Source: an uncultured Gemmatimonadales bacterium (GTDB taxonomy: Bacteria > Gemmatimonadota > Gemmatimonadetes > Longimicrobiales > Gaopeijiaceae). From it: a stretch of DNA of 64,000 bases. Made by a program: the position numbers and the translations under genes. Under the pieces are notes generated by a model that was not told the DNA's origin, ran no database searches, and saw only the letters and a program-made list of their open reading frames with translations. Shown piece by piece: positions 40,825 to 52,273 of the stretch; position 1 is the stretch's first letter; each line of letters starts with the position of its first letter. Location of the stretch: assembly GCA_963809895.1 (NCBI GenBank), contig CAWELD010000003.1, positions 2,784,001 to 2,848,000 on the forward strand. The letters run 5' to 3'.

Positions 40825-41535
40825 CTAGTCCCGGGTAGTGATCTGGATGACGCCCTGGTTATGACCGGTGCCCCAGCGGTTCGTGGCCTCGGCCACGCTG
40901 ACGAGGCGAATCGACTCGATGTCGTTCACGCTGATATCTCGAAGCGTGGAGAGCGGTCCGAGTCGCTGATCGTCCAGATAGACGACGGCTGTCGCCGCCG
41001 AGAGTTGCCCCCAGACGTCCGGCGGACGCTGCCTCAGCCATTCGGGCCTGAGGAGCTCGATGGCCTGATAGGCGTTGGACAGCACGTGCTCGGATATCTC
41101 GGCGCGGGTGAGCACCGAACGGCGGTTGTCCCGGATGGACTCCGCCGCGTCCGAGCTGCCGCGTCCGAAGATGGGGAAGGAGAAGCCCAGGGTGGCGCCC
41201 ACGCCTCCGCCCACCGCAGCCCACATGGAGCGGTTCACAGGCTCGCCCCGGCCCGGCCCCTCGCTCCAGTCCCCGCGTACGAGCTGTGACGCGAAGTAGC
41301 CGACGCCGGCACCCAGGGCGGCGGATCCGAGCGCACTCAGAACACGGTGGTGCCAGTGGGGCGACTCGTTGGGGGTCGCCGGCTCGACAGCGAGGCGATC
41401 AGCCAACTGGCGCTGGAAGTCGTAGCTGAAACGGGACGCGGAAGCAGTCCCCTGAACGGCCTGGCCGCATAGCGGCTTCGCGCCCGCGACGCCTGCGACG
41501 AGCAGCGTGGCGAGCAGGATCGTGGAGCGGCGCAT
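40825..41535 (-). CDS. Secreted protein with glycine-zipper helices and C-terminal TonB plug-like domain
   Basis: Signal peptide; GSAALGAGVG and GGGVGATLG; VVYLDD; DIESIR; GVIQITTR. Confidence 0.72.
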   Translation of the reverse strand: MRRSTILLATLLVAGVAGAKPLCGQAVQGTASASRFSYDFQRQLADRLAVEPATPNESPHWHHRVLSALGSAALGAGVGYFASQLVRGDWSEGPGRGEPVNRSMWAAVGGGVGATLGFSFPIFGRGSSDAAESIRDNRRSVLTRAEISEHVLSNAYQAIELLRPEWLRQRPPDVWGQLSAATAVVYLDDQRLGPLSTLRDISVNDIESIRLVSVAEATNRWGTGHNQGVIQITTRD

Positions 41536-41756
41536 CGTACCTCGTTGCGGAGACGCCTCCGCGGTGATTGCAGGTTCTCCATAGTACGAAGGATAAGCGC
41601 GAGAGGGAAAGGCCTTCCATGGGAATCGGGGTCCAGGTCCCATTTCGTCGCGGGGCACGATGGCGGCAAACGCCGTCTCACTCCGTCTTGAAGGGTGACG
41701 GCCACCTGGAGGATGCGGTGGCCCGGAGCCCAGTGAGTCGCCCCGAAGGAGTTACG

Positions 41757-42989
41757 ATGCGCCACTCCACAGCGAGATCCTCCCTATCGATCCTGTTCCT
41801 GGTCTGCATGGCCGCGGCATCCGTATCGTCGGTGGCAGCCCAGGAGTGTCCCGTGTCGGGAGACCTCGAGCTCCCCGACAGCCAGGATCGGTGGGACTGC
41901 ACGATCACGGGCTTCATCGGCTGGCTCCAGTCGCCGGGCATCGATCTAGACGCGCGCCTGGGACGCAAACGCGGCGGGACCCTCGGTGCCCCCACCGGCG
42001 ACGGTTACTTCCGCTACGGACTGCCCGTCACCGTGTCCGGCTCGGGGCCCATCGAGGTGATCATCAAGCTGCGCGAGACGACGAATGACGATGTCCCGGG
42101 CGGATACGAGTTGGGCATCGCCGAGGAGGAGTCCCCCCAGGCGCCGAATCGCGTGGGAACGCTCTACCGCGCGCTCCTCTACGACCCCGACGCCCATGAG
42201 ATCGGTCTCCATTACTTCGTGCGGGGCGCCACGCCGGAAGACGTGATGGCGTACGAGAAGGACCACGACTTCGACCTGAGGATCCTCCTTCGCCGCGTGC
42301 CGCGGTACTGCTCCATGTGGGCGCGGGTGTCGGGAGACGTCAACGGCGCCTTCTACGGCGACGTGGCCTACTACAACTTCGCCGTCGACGGCGTCCTCGT
42401 GGACAAGGAGATGCTGCGGGCCCTCGGCCAATTGGGAATCACCACCGATTCGGAAGGAGAGGACAGCTTCGCCGCCTTCCTGCAGCGGGAGATGGGCGGG
42501 ACCGACAACTTCGCCCTGTCGCTGCGGGACCTCAAAGTGGATCAGGAGTTCGACACGGTGTCGTCGTCCGCCGATCCCGGGGTGGAGCTCTTCGGGTTCG
42601 GAGACGAGAAAAACCAGGACGTCCTGCGCCAGGTCGCCGGCATGCTCAACGGTCAGTTCGCGCTGGGCCTGAGCGGGGTGGTCACCGAGTCCACCGACAA
42701 GGAAGGAAAAGTCACGCGCTCGGCCCAGATCAGCGACCTCAGAGCCACCGTGGGCGCCGTCGCCGGGGGCGACCGCATTCCATTCGAGCTCATCCCAGGC
42801 AAGTCGTCGGCCACGCTCACGCTGCTGCAGCATCCCTCGCCCGACCTGGTCTGGGGCACCTTTGTGGGCGACCTCTACACCGACGGTGAATACACGCTGC
42901 CCACCGTCCCCGACCCTCGGCAACTCCACGTCCACGTCGAGGCCAACTTCACCGCCCTGGAGGGTCAGGCCACCTGCGTCAAACGGTAG
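41757..42989 (+). CDS. Secreted hypothetical protein
   Basis: GAAGGA RBS; signal peptide ending VAA-QE; coding-like codon bias; no recognised family. Confidence 0.75.
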   Translation: MRHSTARSSLSILFLVCMAAASVSSVAAQECPVSGDLELPDSQDRWDCTITGFIGWLQSPGIDLDARLGRKRGGTLGAPTGDGYFRYGLPVTVSGSGPIEVIIKLRETTNDDVPGGYELGIAEEESPQAPNRVGTLYRALLYDPDAHEIGLHYFVRGATPEDVMAYEKDHDFDLRILLRRVPRYCSMWARVSGDVNGAFYGDVAYYNFAVDGVLVDKEMLRALGQLGITTDSEGEDSFAAFLQREMGGTDNFALSLRDLKVDQEFDTVSSSADPGVELFGFGDEKNQDVLRQVAGMLNGQFALGLSGVVTESTDKEGKVTRSAQISDLRATVGAVAGGDRIPFELIPGKSSATLTLLQHPSPDLVWGTFVGDLYTDGEYTLPTVPDPRQLHVHVEANFTALEGQATCVKR

Positions 42990-43022
42990 GGGACGCTGGG
43001 CGTCGGCGCCCCGCGTCTCAGC

Positions 43023-44873
<1,851 letters not shown>

Positions 44874-44948
44874 TCACTGGATCCCGACCCACCGGCCGGA
44901 GCCCCCCGGGGATGATGTCCGAAGGTCCGCGAACCGTCCCCACGTGTC

Positions 44949-44980
44949 AACGCCCCCCGGGCGGCTGCCCGGGAGGCGTT
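44949..44980. terminator. Hairpin downstream of the lipoprotein gene, abutting a TTGACA upstream of thiC
   Basis: AACGCCCCCCGGGC-GGCT-GCCCGGGAGGCGTT. Confidence 0.55.
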
Positions 44981-45005
44981 CGACCTCGTGTCCGACGCCC
45001 CCGCT

Positions 45006-45488
45006 TCAGGGTCCGCCGGCGCCGTCGGAGCTCAGGAGCTTGATCTGGTTCAGGCGCGCGTCCCACGACACCACCCAGCCGGCCTTCAGCGTGAAGACCT
45101 GTGAGCGCTGGGGCTTCACCTGGTTGTTGTAGCTGCCCTGGCCGGACATGTAGCCCGCGGTGCCGTCCGCCGGATCCAACCGGTCCGAGCTCGGGCGCTC
45201 GACCAGGATCTGGTACTCACCGCTGATGACGGTGCGCCGGAAGCAGTAGCGCTCCTCACGGCCCATGGGGACGTTCCCGATGCGCATGCGCTCGCGCGTG
45301 CTGGTCAGGAGGAAGACGCGCTCCGCGGGCCCGCCACCCTGCCGGTTGTTGATGATCACGCAGGCCTGAGGCGCATTGGGATCGTCGACCTGCTGTGCTT
45401 CCTGCCCTCCCCCGGACGCGCTGGCACACCCGGCCACCAGCAATCCTCCACACGCCATCACCGCACCGAACATCGTCCGAATCCTCAT
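45006..45488 (-). CDS. Hypothetical lipoprotein (paralog 1)
   Basis: Lipobox VAGC; DPNAPQAC and PSSDRLDPA shared with the neighbour. Confidence 0.8.
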   Translation of the reverse strand: MRIRTMFGAVMACGGLLVAGCASASGGGQEAQQVDDPNAPQACVIINNRQGGGPAERVFLLTSTRERMRIGNVPMGREERYCFRRTVISGEYQILVERPSSDRLDPADGTAGYMSGQGSYNNQVKPQRSQVFTLKAGWVVSWDARLNQIKLLSSDGAGGP

Positions 45489-45609
45489 CACACACCCCTC
45501 CCAAGAAGGTTGAAGATCAGGGGGGGCGATCCACAGTCGTAGAATAACAGATACGCAGCTTCCGCGCCAGACTCTCGCCGAAACCGCACGGGCAGGGGCC
45601 GACCGCCGG

Positions 45610-46086
45610 TCAACAATCGCCGCCGCCGCGCCCGGCCTCGGGCTGGCAGGTGATCCGGTCCTGGCTCACGTGATAGGTGACCTCGTCCCACGCCTCGAGC
45701 CGGAAGGTCTCGGAGGCCCGGACCGGTGGCTGTGTCTGGCGGGCCGCCGGGTCCATGCGATCGGCGCTGGGCTCCTCGATGGACACGAGATAGGTCCCTG
45801 GCAGCGTGAGATTCTGCGTGCAGAATCGCTGGCTCCGACCGGTGCCCACCTGTCCGATGCGGATGCGCCGGCGCCGCTGCAGCTCGGTGCGCAGATCCCG
45901 CTGACTCATGGTGCGCACGCCGCTGATGCCCGACGCCTCGACCAGGTAGACCCGGCCCAGGGCGCCTCCGCCGCTGGAGTTGTCCACGACGACGCACGCC
46001 TGCGGTGCGTTGGGGTCGGCCGGCGCGGATGCGCACGCGGCGGCGAGGGCGGTGACACTCGCCACGACGACGAGATGGCGGAGCAT
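45610..46086 (-). CDS. Hypothetical lipoprotein (paralog 2)
   Basis: GGAGG RBS; lipobox AAAC; DPNAPQAC and PSADRMDPA. Confidence 0.8.
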   Translation of the reverse strand: MLRHLVVVASVTALAAACASAPADPNAPQACVVVDNSSGGGALGRVYLVEASGISGVRTMSQRDLRTELQRRRRIRIGQVGTGRSQRFCTQNLTLPGTYLVSIEEPSADRMDPAARQTQPPVRASETFRLEAWDEVTYHVSQDRITCQPEAGRGGGDC

Positions 46087-46171
46087 TGTGAATGCCTCCA
46101 GAATTGGGGGGATGATGCGCTTACGGATACGTCGGCCGGCCGCAGGATTCAACCCCGCCCGCCGAAGCGGC

Positions 46172-47431
46172 TCAGAAGTAGAGCGACACCCGCAGGTACC
46201 CCAGGTCGCCATACGTCCCGAACTCGCTCCGCAAGCGCGGCAGCGGCGACGCAGCCTGCGCAAGCGGCGGGTCTCCCAGCCCCATCACCCCGCCAACGCT
46301 CACGCGGGCGCTCTGGCCCAGGTCGTAGGTGGCCGTCGGTGACACCGCCGCGCTGCCGTCGTCCAGGTTGAGCAGCACGCTACCGGTGACGTTGAGGCGG
46401 CTCTCGGCGTCGACGGTCCACGAGGCCACCCCGCCGGCGTACCAGCGCCCCAGGTAGTAGCTCTCACCCCGGGCCAGCGTCGACGACAGGAGCTGCGTCA
46501 CGTACGTGGCCGGATCGCGAGCCCCTGGCCCGTTGAAGTGGAGCTCGCCGGAAAGGAGGAGCCGGGCGCCGATGCGATCCACGCCCAGCGTGACCCGGGG
46601 GTCCAACGTCTCGTCCCGGTCCAGGTCCCGCGGCAGCGCGGCTTCGGCCCTGAGCTTCGTCTGGTCGCCGAGGAGGGTCAGGCCGCCGAGCACCATGGCC
46701 TCGTTCCAGAACTTGCCGGCTCCGGCCCACACCTCCGCCTGCGCCAGGCTCCAGGTGGCTCGAACTCCGGCCGAAAGGGCGTCGCTGCCTCCGCGATCCG
46801 CCGCCACCGCATCCAGCTCGATTCCTCGCGCGGGGTAGGCGAGCACCCGCACGGCGTCCACGCCCGGACGCTCCTCGGTGTCGAGCTCGAACGGGCTGAA
46901 GGCGGCCCACACCTCGGCCACCGGAAAGAGCGACGACGTGCCCCAGGAGACGGCCTGCCGACCGAGGGTGACGTCGGCCGCTCCCACGGGAACCGTGACG
47001 GCGAGCCGGTCCACGTCGTGCACGACGCCCAGTCGCTCCTCGTCCACCCAGGTGCTCGACAGGTCCAACGCTCGCCCCGGTGTGGCGCTCACACCGAAGC
47101 CCGCCACGGCGCTGGTGCCCTCCGTGGTGAGCGTCGCCAGGATGCGGTCGTGCACCTCCAGCACGGCGGCATCGCCGAACGACGCGGTCCACTTCAGGCG
47201 GGTGACGGCGCCGTGGATCCCCGCCAGACCGGACCCGGAGCCCGTGGGGAACGCGGGGTCGTGGATCGCCGTCAGCGTGCGCACGTAGCCCGTGAGATCC
47301 AGGCTGAAGCGCTCCCCGTGCACGAGCTCGATCTGCGCCGCGAGGTCGGTGGGGAGAAGCGCCCATCCCAGTGCCACCCCGAGCGCGAGCACGGGCGATG
47401 CGACGGGGATGCCCAGACGGGTGTTCTTCAT
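46172..47431 (-). CDS. Putative outer-membrane beta-barrel protein
   Basis: Signal peptide; amphipathic strands; LGRQAVSWG; ERPGVDA; C-terminal VSLYF. Confidence 0.75.
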   Translation of the reverse strand: MKNTRLGIPVASPVLALGVALGWALLPTDLAAQIELVHGERFSLDLTGYVRTLTAIHDPAFPTGSGSGLAGIHGAVTRLKWTASFGDAAVLEVHDRILATLTTEGTSAVAGFGVSATPGRALDLSSTWVDEERLGVVHDVDRLAVTVPVGAADVTLGRQAVSWGTSSLFPVAEVWAAFSPFELDTEERPGVDAVRVLAYPARGIELDAVAADRGGSDALSAGVRATWSLAQAEVWAGAGKFWNEAMVLGGLTLLGDQTKLRAEAALPRDLDRDETLDPRVTLGVDRIGARLLLSGELHFNGPGARDPATYVTQLLSSTLARGESYYLGRWYAGGVASWTVDAESRLNVTGSVLLNLDDGSAAVSPTATYDLGQSARVSVGGVMGLGDPPLAQAASPLPRLRSEFGTYGDLGYLRVSLYF

Positions 47432-48168
47432 GGCGGCCCGGGATCTTCCGAAACCCTGCCGTCCAGCATGCGGATGACCCGCCGCGCTCGCTCGAGAACG
47501 AAGCGGTCGTGGGTCGCGAACAGAAAGGTCGTGCCGAGCTCCTTGTTGAGCTCCAGCATGAGGTCCAGCAGCGCGCCGGAGGCGGCAGAGTCCAGGTTGG
47601 CCGTGGGCTCGTCGGCCAGGACGATGCGGGGCTTGGTGGCCAGCGCGCGCACCACCGCCACCCGCTGCTGCTGTCCCCCCGAGAGCTCGTGGGGGCGCCG
47701 GTCCATCATCTCGGCGATGCCCACCTGCTCCAGGAGCGGCACCACCCGCTCACGGCGGGCAGCGGCGGGCATCCCCCGGAGCAACAGGGTGAACTCGGCG
47801 TTCTCGTACGCCGTCAGCACGGGCACGAGGTTGTAGGCCTGGAAGATGAAGCCGACGTGGTCCAGGCGGAAATCGGCCGCCGGTCCCTTGCCCAGCGTCG
47901 ACACGTCGGTGCCGGCGATCAGCACCCGGCCGGACGTGGGATGGTCCAGGGCCCCGATGAGGTTGAGGAGCGTGGTCTTGCCGCACCCCGACGGGCCTGC
48001 CACGGCGGCGAACTCGCCGTTGTGGAGCTCCAGGTCCACGCCGCGAAGGGCGTGCACCTCCAGCTCGCCCTGCTGGAAGACCTTGGTGACCCCCTCGGCG
48101 ACGATGAGATCGTCCGGGTCGAGCACGGGCGCTGTCGCTCCGGCGCCGGACTCCATGGGCTCCTCCAT
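47428..48168 (-). CDS. ABC ATP-binding protein, LolD/MacB-type
   Basis: GPSGCGKT; LSGGQQQRVA; ADEPTANLD; THD. Confidence 0.95.
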   Translation of the reverse strand: MEEPMESGAGATAPVLDPDDLIVAEGVTKVFQQGELEVHALRGVDLELHNGEFAAVAGPSGCGKTTLLNLIGALDHPTSGRVLIAGTDVSTLGKGPAADFRLDHVGFIFQAYNLVPVLTAYENAEFTLLLRGMPAAARRERVVPLLEQVGIAEMMDRRPHELSGGQQQRVAVVRALATKPRIVLADEPTANLDSAASGALLDLMLELNKELGTTFLFATHDRFVLERARRVIRMLDGRVSEDPGPP

Positions 48169-48178
48169 CGCGTGCCTC

Positions 48179-49423
48179 CTACTCGTAGAATCGCATGGCT
48201 TCGGCCGGGGCCAGACGGGCAGCCCGCAAGGCCGGGTAGACCGCGCTCGCAACCGTGGAGACCGCCACGAGTCCGCTGGCCACCAGCCACTTGAACGGTA
48301 CGATCTCGCTGCGCATGACCATGTTGGAGATGTCCACGCCCGAGAGATCCATGTTGTCGACGCCGAAGAGGGCTACGGGCACACCCCAGCGCGCCAGCGC
48401 CAGGTGGATCCCCAGCGCCAGGACCAGGCCGACGATCATGGAGCCGCCGGTCAACAGCGTGGTCTCCGCCAGGATCAGACGCGCGATCCGGGACCCCCGG
48501 AGCCCCAGGGCGTTCAAGAGCCCCAGCTCACGAATGCGCTCCATGACCGCCACCAGGAAAGTGTTGGCGATGGCGAAGATCACGACGAGATAGATGATGA
48601 CGCCGTAGACGTACAGAAACGCGTTGTCGATCTGGATGAAGCCCACCATCTCCGGGAGCGCCGTCCGCCAGGTGAGAACCTCGAGCTCGCGGGCACGCTC
48701 ACCGAGCGCCTGCAGGACTGCGGCCCTGGCGGCGTCAACATCCACGCCGGAGCGCGTGAGTAGCCCCACCTGGGTCAATTGATCGCCGATCCCCAGCGCC
48801 TCGCGGGCCGCATCGATGGTCGTGTAGGCGACCGTCTCGTCCAGATCCGCTCTCCCGGACTGGATGATGCCAGCCACGTGAAAAAGCGCCCGCGCGAGCT
48901 CCCCGTCCGGTCCGGAAGCCGTCAGCACGATGCGGTCCCCCGGCTTCACTTCGAGCTCCTTGGCCACCGGCCGGCCCAGCAGCACCGGTGAGCGCACCGT
49001 GGCGTCCTCGAGCCGGCTGCCCTCGACGACGTGCTCGGAGATGTCGCGCAGGGCTACCTCGCGAACGGGATCCACCCCCATGAGTTGAACCGGGCGGTTG
49101 CCGCGCGCGGTGGACAGGAGTCCATTCACCAGCACGCGCGGTAGCGCAGCGCGGATCTCCGGCACCGCCGACAGCGTCTCCACCACCGAAGACGCATCGT
49201 TGATGAGGAGGTCACCGGTGCGGCGTTCCCAGTACCCCCGAGCGTGCACCAGGACCTCGCCGCCCGCACCCTCCACCGCCGCGTCCAGCATCTGGCGATG
49301 CTCGTCGTCACCGAGGCCCATGGACGCCAGCAGGAGCGCGTAGCTCAAGATGATGGCCGATGCCAGGATCAAGGTTCGGCCCCGGTGCCGCCACAGGTTG
49401 CGCCACGCCATCCGCCAGAGCAT
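48179..49423 (-). CDS. FtsX/LolC-E-like ABC permease
   Basis: AWRNLWRHRGRT; large periplasmic loop; ERIRELGLLNALG; PAEAMRF. Confidence 0.92.
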   Translation of the reverse strand: MLWRMAWRNLWRHRGRTLILASAIILSYALLLASMGLGDDEHRQMLDAAVEGAGGEVLVHARGYWERRTGDLLINDASSVVETLSAVPEIRAALPRVLVNGLLSTARGNRPVQLMGVDPVREVALRDISEHVVEGSRLEDATVRSPVLLGRPVAKELEVKPGDRIVLTASGPDGELARALFHVAGIIQSGRADLDETVAYTTIDAAREALGIGDQLTQVGLLTRSGVDVDAARAAVLQALGERARELEVLTWRTALPEMVGFIQIDNAFLYVYGVIIYLVVIFAIANTFLVAVMERIRELGLLNALGLRGSRIARLILAETTLLTGGSMIVGLVLALGIHLALARWGVPVALFGVDNMDLSGVDISNMVMRSEIVPFKWLVASGLVAVSTVASAVYPALRAARLAPAEAMRFYE

Positions 49424-50739
49424 CAGGTCCTCCCCGCCAACGTGCGCGCCGGATCGAGGCGCGCCGCCGTCCAGGCCGGCCACAGACCACTCGCCACGGC
49501 CACGACCAGCATGACGATTACCGGCTGCGCCACGGCCCCGACGCTGAGCTGGGCGTAGAGCCGGTCCGAGAAAGCGACGCCCATCCAGGTGAACGAGTCC
49601 TGGTCGGTGAACAACGCCAGATTCAGCCCGGCCGTCTGGTGGTACCACGTCACCCCGGCACCCAGGACTGCGCCCAGGACGGCGCCCGCCAGGCCCAACA
49701 CGGCCGCCTCGGTCAGCAGCGTTCGGAACAGCCGTCGCGGCCGCATGCCGATCGCCACCAGCATTCCGAACTCCCGCCTGCGTTCCAGCGCACTCATGCG
49801 CTGCGTATTGAGGATACCCACCGCGGCCACGAGGTAGATGAGCAGATACATGGACCAGTAGCTCTGGCGACTCACGGCGAGAACCTGGCTCAGGCTGGGG
49901 AGGATTTCCTGCCACGTGCGGACGACCACACGATCCTCGGCGACCCCGGTGGTGTCGCGGACGGCGCCCAGGGCTGCAGCCACGCTCGATGCCACCCGGG
50001 GAGCCTCGGTGCGCTCCCCCGTCTTCACGAGAATGGCGTTGGCCTTCCCGTCCAGGGCCGCCAGGTAGCGGGCGTCGTCCAGGTTCAGATAGACATCGCC
50101 CCGATCCACCGCCGAGTTGCCGGTGCGCACGATGCCCACGACCTGCAGGAGGTCGTTCCCCAGCGATCCGTCCGCGGCCTCAGCGAAAACCACCAGCTCC
50201 GCCCCGGGACCCACCTCCAACTGGCGCGCCAGACCTTCACCCAGCACCACCTCCCGGGGCTCCCCCAGGGGCGCGGCCGCCTCCGTCAGCCAGCGACCCT
50301 CGGTGACGGCGTCGGGCAAGGGCGTGGCCCGGGCTTCCAGGTCGGGGTCCACACCGACGATGCGCGCCACTTGCGAGCGCCGTTCATGCCCGATCAACCC
50401 GTAGAGCTGTACCCGCGGCGAGGCTGCTTCGACGCCGGGGACGCTGTCGATCTTCGCCAGAAGTGCCGCATCCACGTCCAGCGCCTCGTAGGGCCTGGGC
50501 TTCTCGGCCCAGCCCACGGTCTGCACCTGGAGCTGGCCCGTGTCCACCGCCGTGGCCCCACGGACCATCTCCGCGAGCCACCCTTCGATGAAGCCCAGGG
50601 ACCAGACCATCAACCCCACCGACAATGCGATCCCGGCCAGCGTCAGGGCCGTGCGCCACCGGTGGCGGGACAGGTTGCGCACACCGAGCCTCACGGCCAG
50701 ACCCACACTCGCGGTCCGGGCTCTCGCTTTCCGAGCCAT
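49423..50739 (-). CDS. FtsX/LolC-E-like ABC permease
   Basis: VRNLSRHRWRT; ERRREFGMLVAIG; RLDPARTL. Confidence 0.92.
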   Translation of the reverse strand: MARKARARTASVGLAVRLGVRNLSRHRWRTALTLAGIALSVGLMVWSLGFIEGWLAEMVRGATAVDTGQLQVQTVGWAEKPRPYEALDVDAALLAKIDSVPGVEAASPRVQLYGLIGHERRSQVARIVGVDPDLEARATPLPDAVTEGRWLTEAAAPLGEPREVVLGEGLARQLEVGPGAELVVFAEAADGSLGNDLLQVVGIVRTGNSAVDRGDVYLNLDDARYLAALDGKANAILVKTGERTEAPRVASSVAAALGAVRDTTGVAEDRVVVRTWQEILPSLSQVLAVSRQSYWSMYLLIYLVAAVGILNTQRMSALERRREFGMLVAIGMRPRRLFRTLLTEAAVLGLAGAVLGAVLGAGVTWYHQTAGLNLALFTDQDSFTWMGVAFSDRLYAQLSVGAVAQPVIVMLVVAVASGLWPAWTAARLDPARTLAGRT

Positions 50740-50741
50740 CG

Positions 50742-51515
50742 TCAGCCCCGGGCCACCCGCCGAAGGCCACGCCTGGTGAAAAGCTCCGGATCGACGTGGA
50801 GGTCCAACTCCATCTCCGTATAGGTGATCTCGGTGCGCTCGTCCGGGGCGTCGGAAGGCACCAGGACCAGGTGCATGGGGAGCCTCCGTCCCGACACCGC
50901 CTGCACGTCGTCGTAGCGCATGGTTCGGACGATGTCGTCGCCGTCGTAGTAGTCGGCCCGCAGGGGCACCCAATCGTCGGCGGTGAGGAAGAACTCCAGC
51001 TTCGTGTAGACGACCGGTGCCTCGGGTCGGGGAGTCAGCGTGAGCCTGAGAAGGCGCTGCCCGTTCTCCTCCACCCACGACGGCGCGGCCTCGTAGTCCT
51101 CCCGGTACGACGTCTCCCGCAAAAGGTCGTCGTTGGTGAAGTGGCTCCCCATCCAGCTCTCCGACAGCAGCCCCGAGGGAATGCGGATGAGCCGGTCGGC
51201 CCGGGGTGCGTAGTTCCAGAGCCCGTCGTCGGTCATGAGAGTGGCGGTGCCGGCTTCCCGCGCCGGTGCCCGGATCACCACCAGGGCGTCGTCGAGGCCC
51301 CGCGACCAGCTCTCCAGCGTGAGCTCACGCGTGCCCCGCTCGCGCACCACCGTCATGGTCATGACGGCGTGCGACGACTGGGCGCGATAGAGGTCGTCCA
51401 GATGGTCCAGGACGCTGTCCACGTCCGGGAGATCCTGGGCGGCGAGCCTCCCTGCGGCAGGCGCGGCGACCACCAGGGCGCACAGCACCGTGACGAATCC
51501 TCGCCTCACCTTCAT
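50742..51515 (-). CDS. LolA-like outer-membrane lipoprotein-sorting protein
   Basis: Signal peptide; PAREAGTATL; SWMGSHFTNDDL; LFTRRGL. Confidence 0.88.
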   Translation of the reverse strand: MKVRRGFVTVLCALVVAAPAAGRLAAQDLPDVDSVLDHLDDLYRAQSSHAVMTMTVVRERGTRELTLESWSRGLDDALVVIRAPAREAGTATLMTDDGLWNYAPRADRLIRIPSGLLSESWMGSHFTNDDLLRETSYREDYEAAPSWVEENGQRLLRLTLTPRPEAPVVYTKLEFFLTADDWVPLRADYYDGDDIVRTMRYDDVQAVSGRRLPMHLVLVPSDAPDERTEITYTEMELDLHVDPELFTRRGLRRVARG

Positions 51516-51517
51516 GG

Positions 51518-52186
51518 TCAATTCCCCCATCCCTGATGGTTCGCGTCCAGAAGGTCGCGCAACAGGTCCACGGTCAGGTCTCGCAGGCGCATCAACTCCT
51601 CGTCATCCAGCTCGTCGGCCCGCTCCACCAACCATCGGTCGGTGGCTTCGTCGACGGCCACGAAGCACTCCACGAGGAGATCTCTGGGTGCGTCGGTGCG
51701 GATCAGCCCCAACGCCTGACCGCGATCCACGAAGGCCCGCCCCATGCCTCGAAAGAGGTCCATGACGCCTTCGCTGGCGCCGCGAGCCTCGGGCTCGGCG
51801 CGCAGTCGGTGATAGCGGCGGGCGAGACGCACGAACCAGGCATCGCTGCGCAAGAGGTGGATGTGGTCGCGGCCCATGGCGCGCAGATGCTCCCAGAAGT
51901 CCGCTGCCTCCATCCCCTCGAGCCACTCCTGCATGGCGCCCTGGCCCTGACCCGGGAGACCGATGGCTTCCAGGAAGCGCAGAAAGGCCTGTTCCAGGGT
52001 GGTGGCGAACAGATCCGCCTTGTCCTCGAAATAGTAGTAGAGGACACCCTTGCTCAGGCCCGCGCTCTCGAGGATGCGGTTCACCGAGGCACCTGCGAAG
52101 CCACGGAGCTCGAATTCCTCCGCGGCGGCCGCGAGGATCTGCTCCTGACGCTCGACTTCGAGGTTTTCGAACCGGGGTCGTGCCAC
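51518..52186 (-). CDS. TetR/AcrR-family regulator
   Basis: ILAAAAEEF..GF.GASVNRI..AGLSKGVLYYYFEDKADL. Confidence 0.95.
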   Translation of the reverse strand: MARPRFENLEVERQEQILAAAAEEFELRGFAGASVNRILESAGLSKGVLYYYFEDKADLFATTLEQAFLRFLEAIGLPGQGQGAMQEWLEGMEAADFWEHLRAMGRDHIHLLRSDAWFVRLARRYHRLRAEPEARGASEGVMDLFRGMGRAFVDRGQALGLIRTDAPRDLLVECFVAVDEATDRWLVERADELDDEELMRLRDLTVDLLRDLLDANHQGWGN

Positions 52187-52213
52187 GTCGTACCTTCCGG
52201 TCGGACTAAACGG

Positions 52214-52231
52214 TTAGACCGATTGGTCTAA
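52214..52231. promoter_or_regulatory. Candidate TetR operator
   Basis: Perfect inverted repeat TTAGACC-GATT-GGTCTAA 28 nt upstream of tetR. Confidence 0.75.
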
Positions 52232-52273
52232 TCTTCCCGAGCGGGGCCCCCGGGTCAAGCCCCCCAGGTGGGT

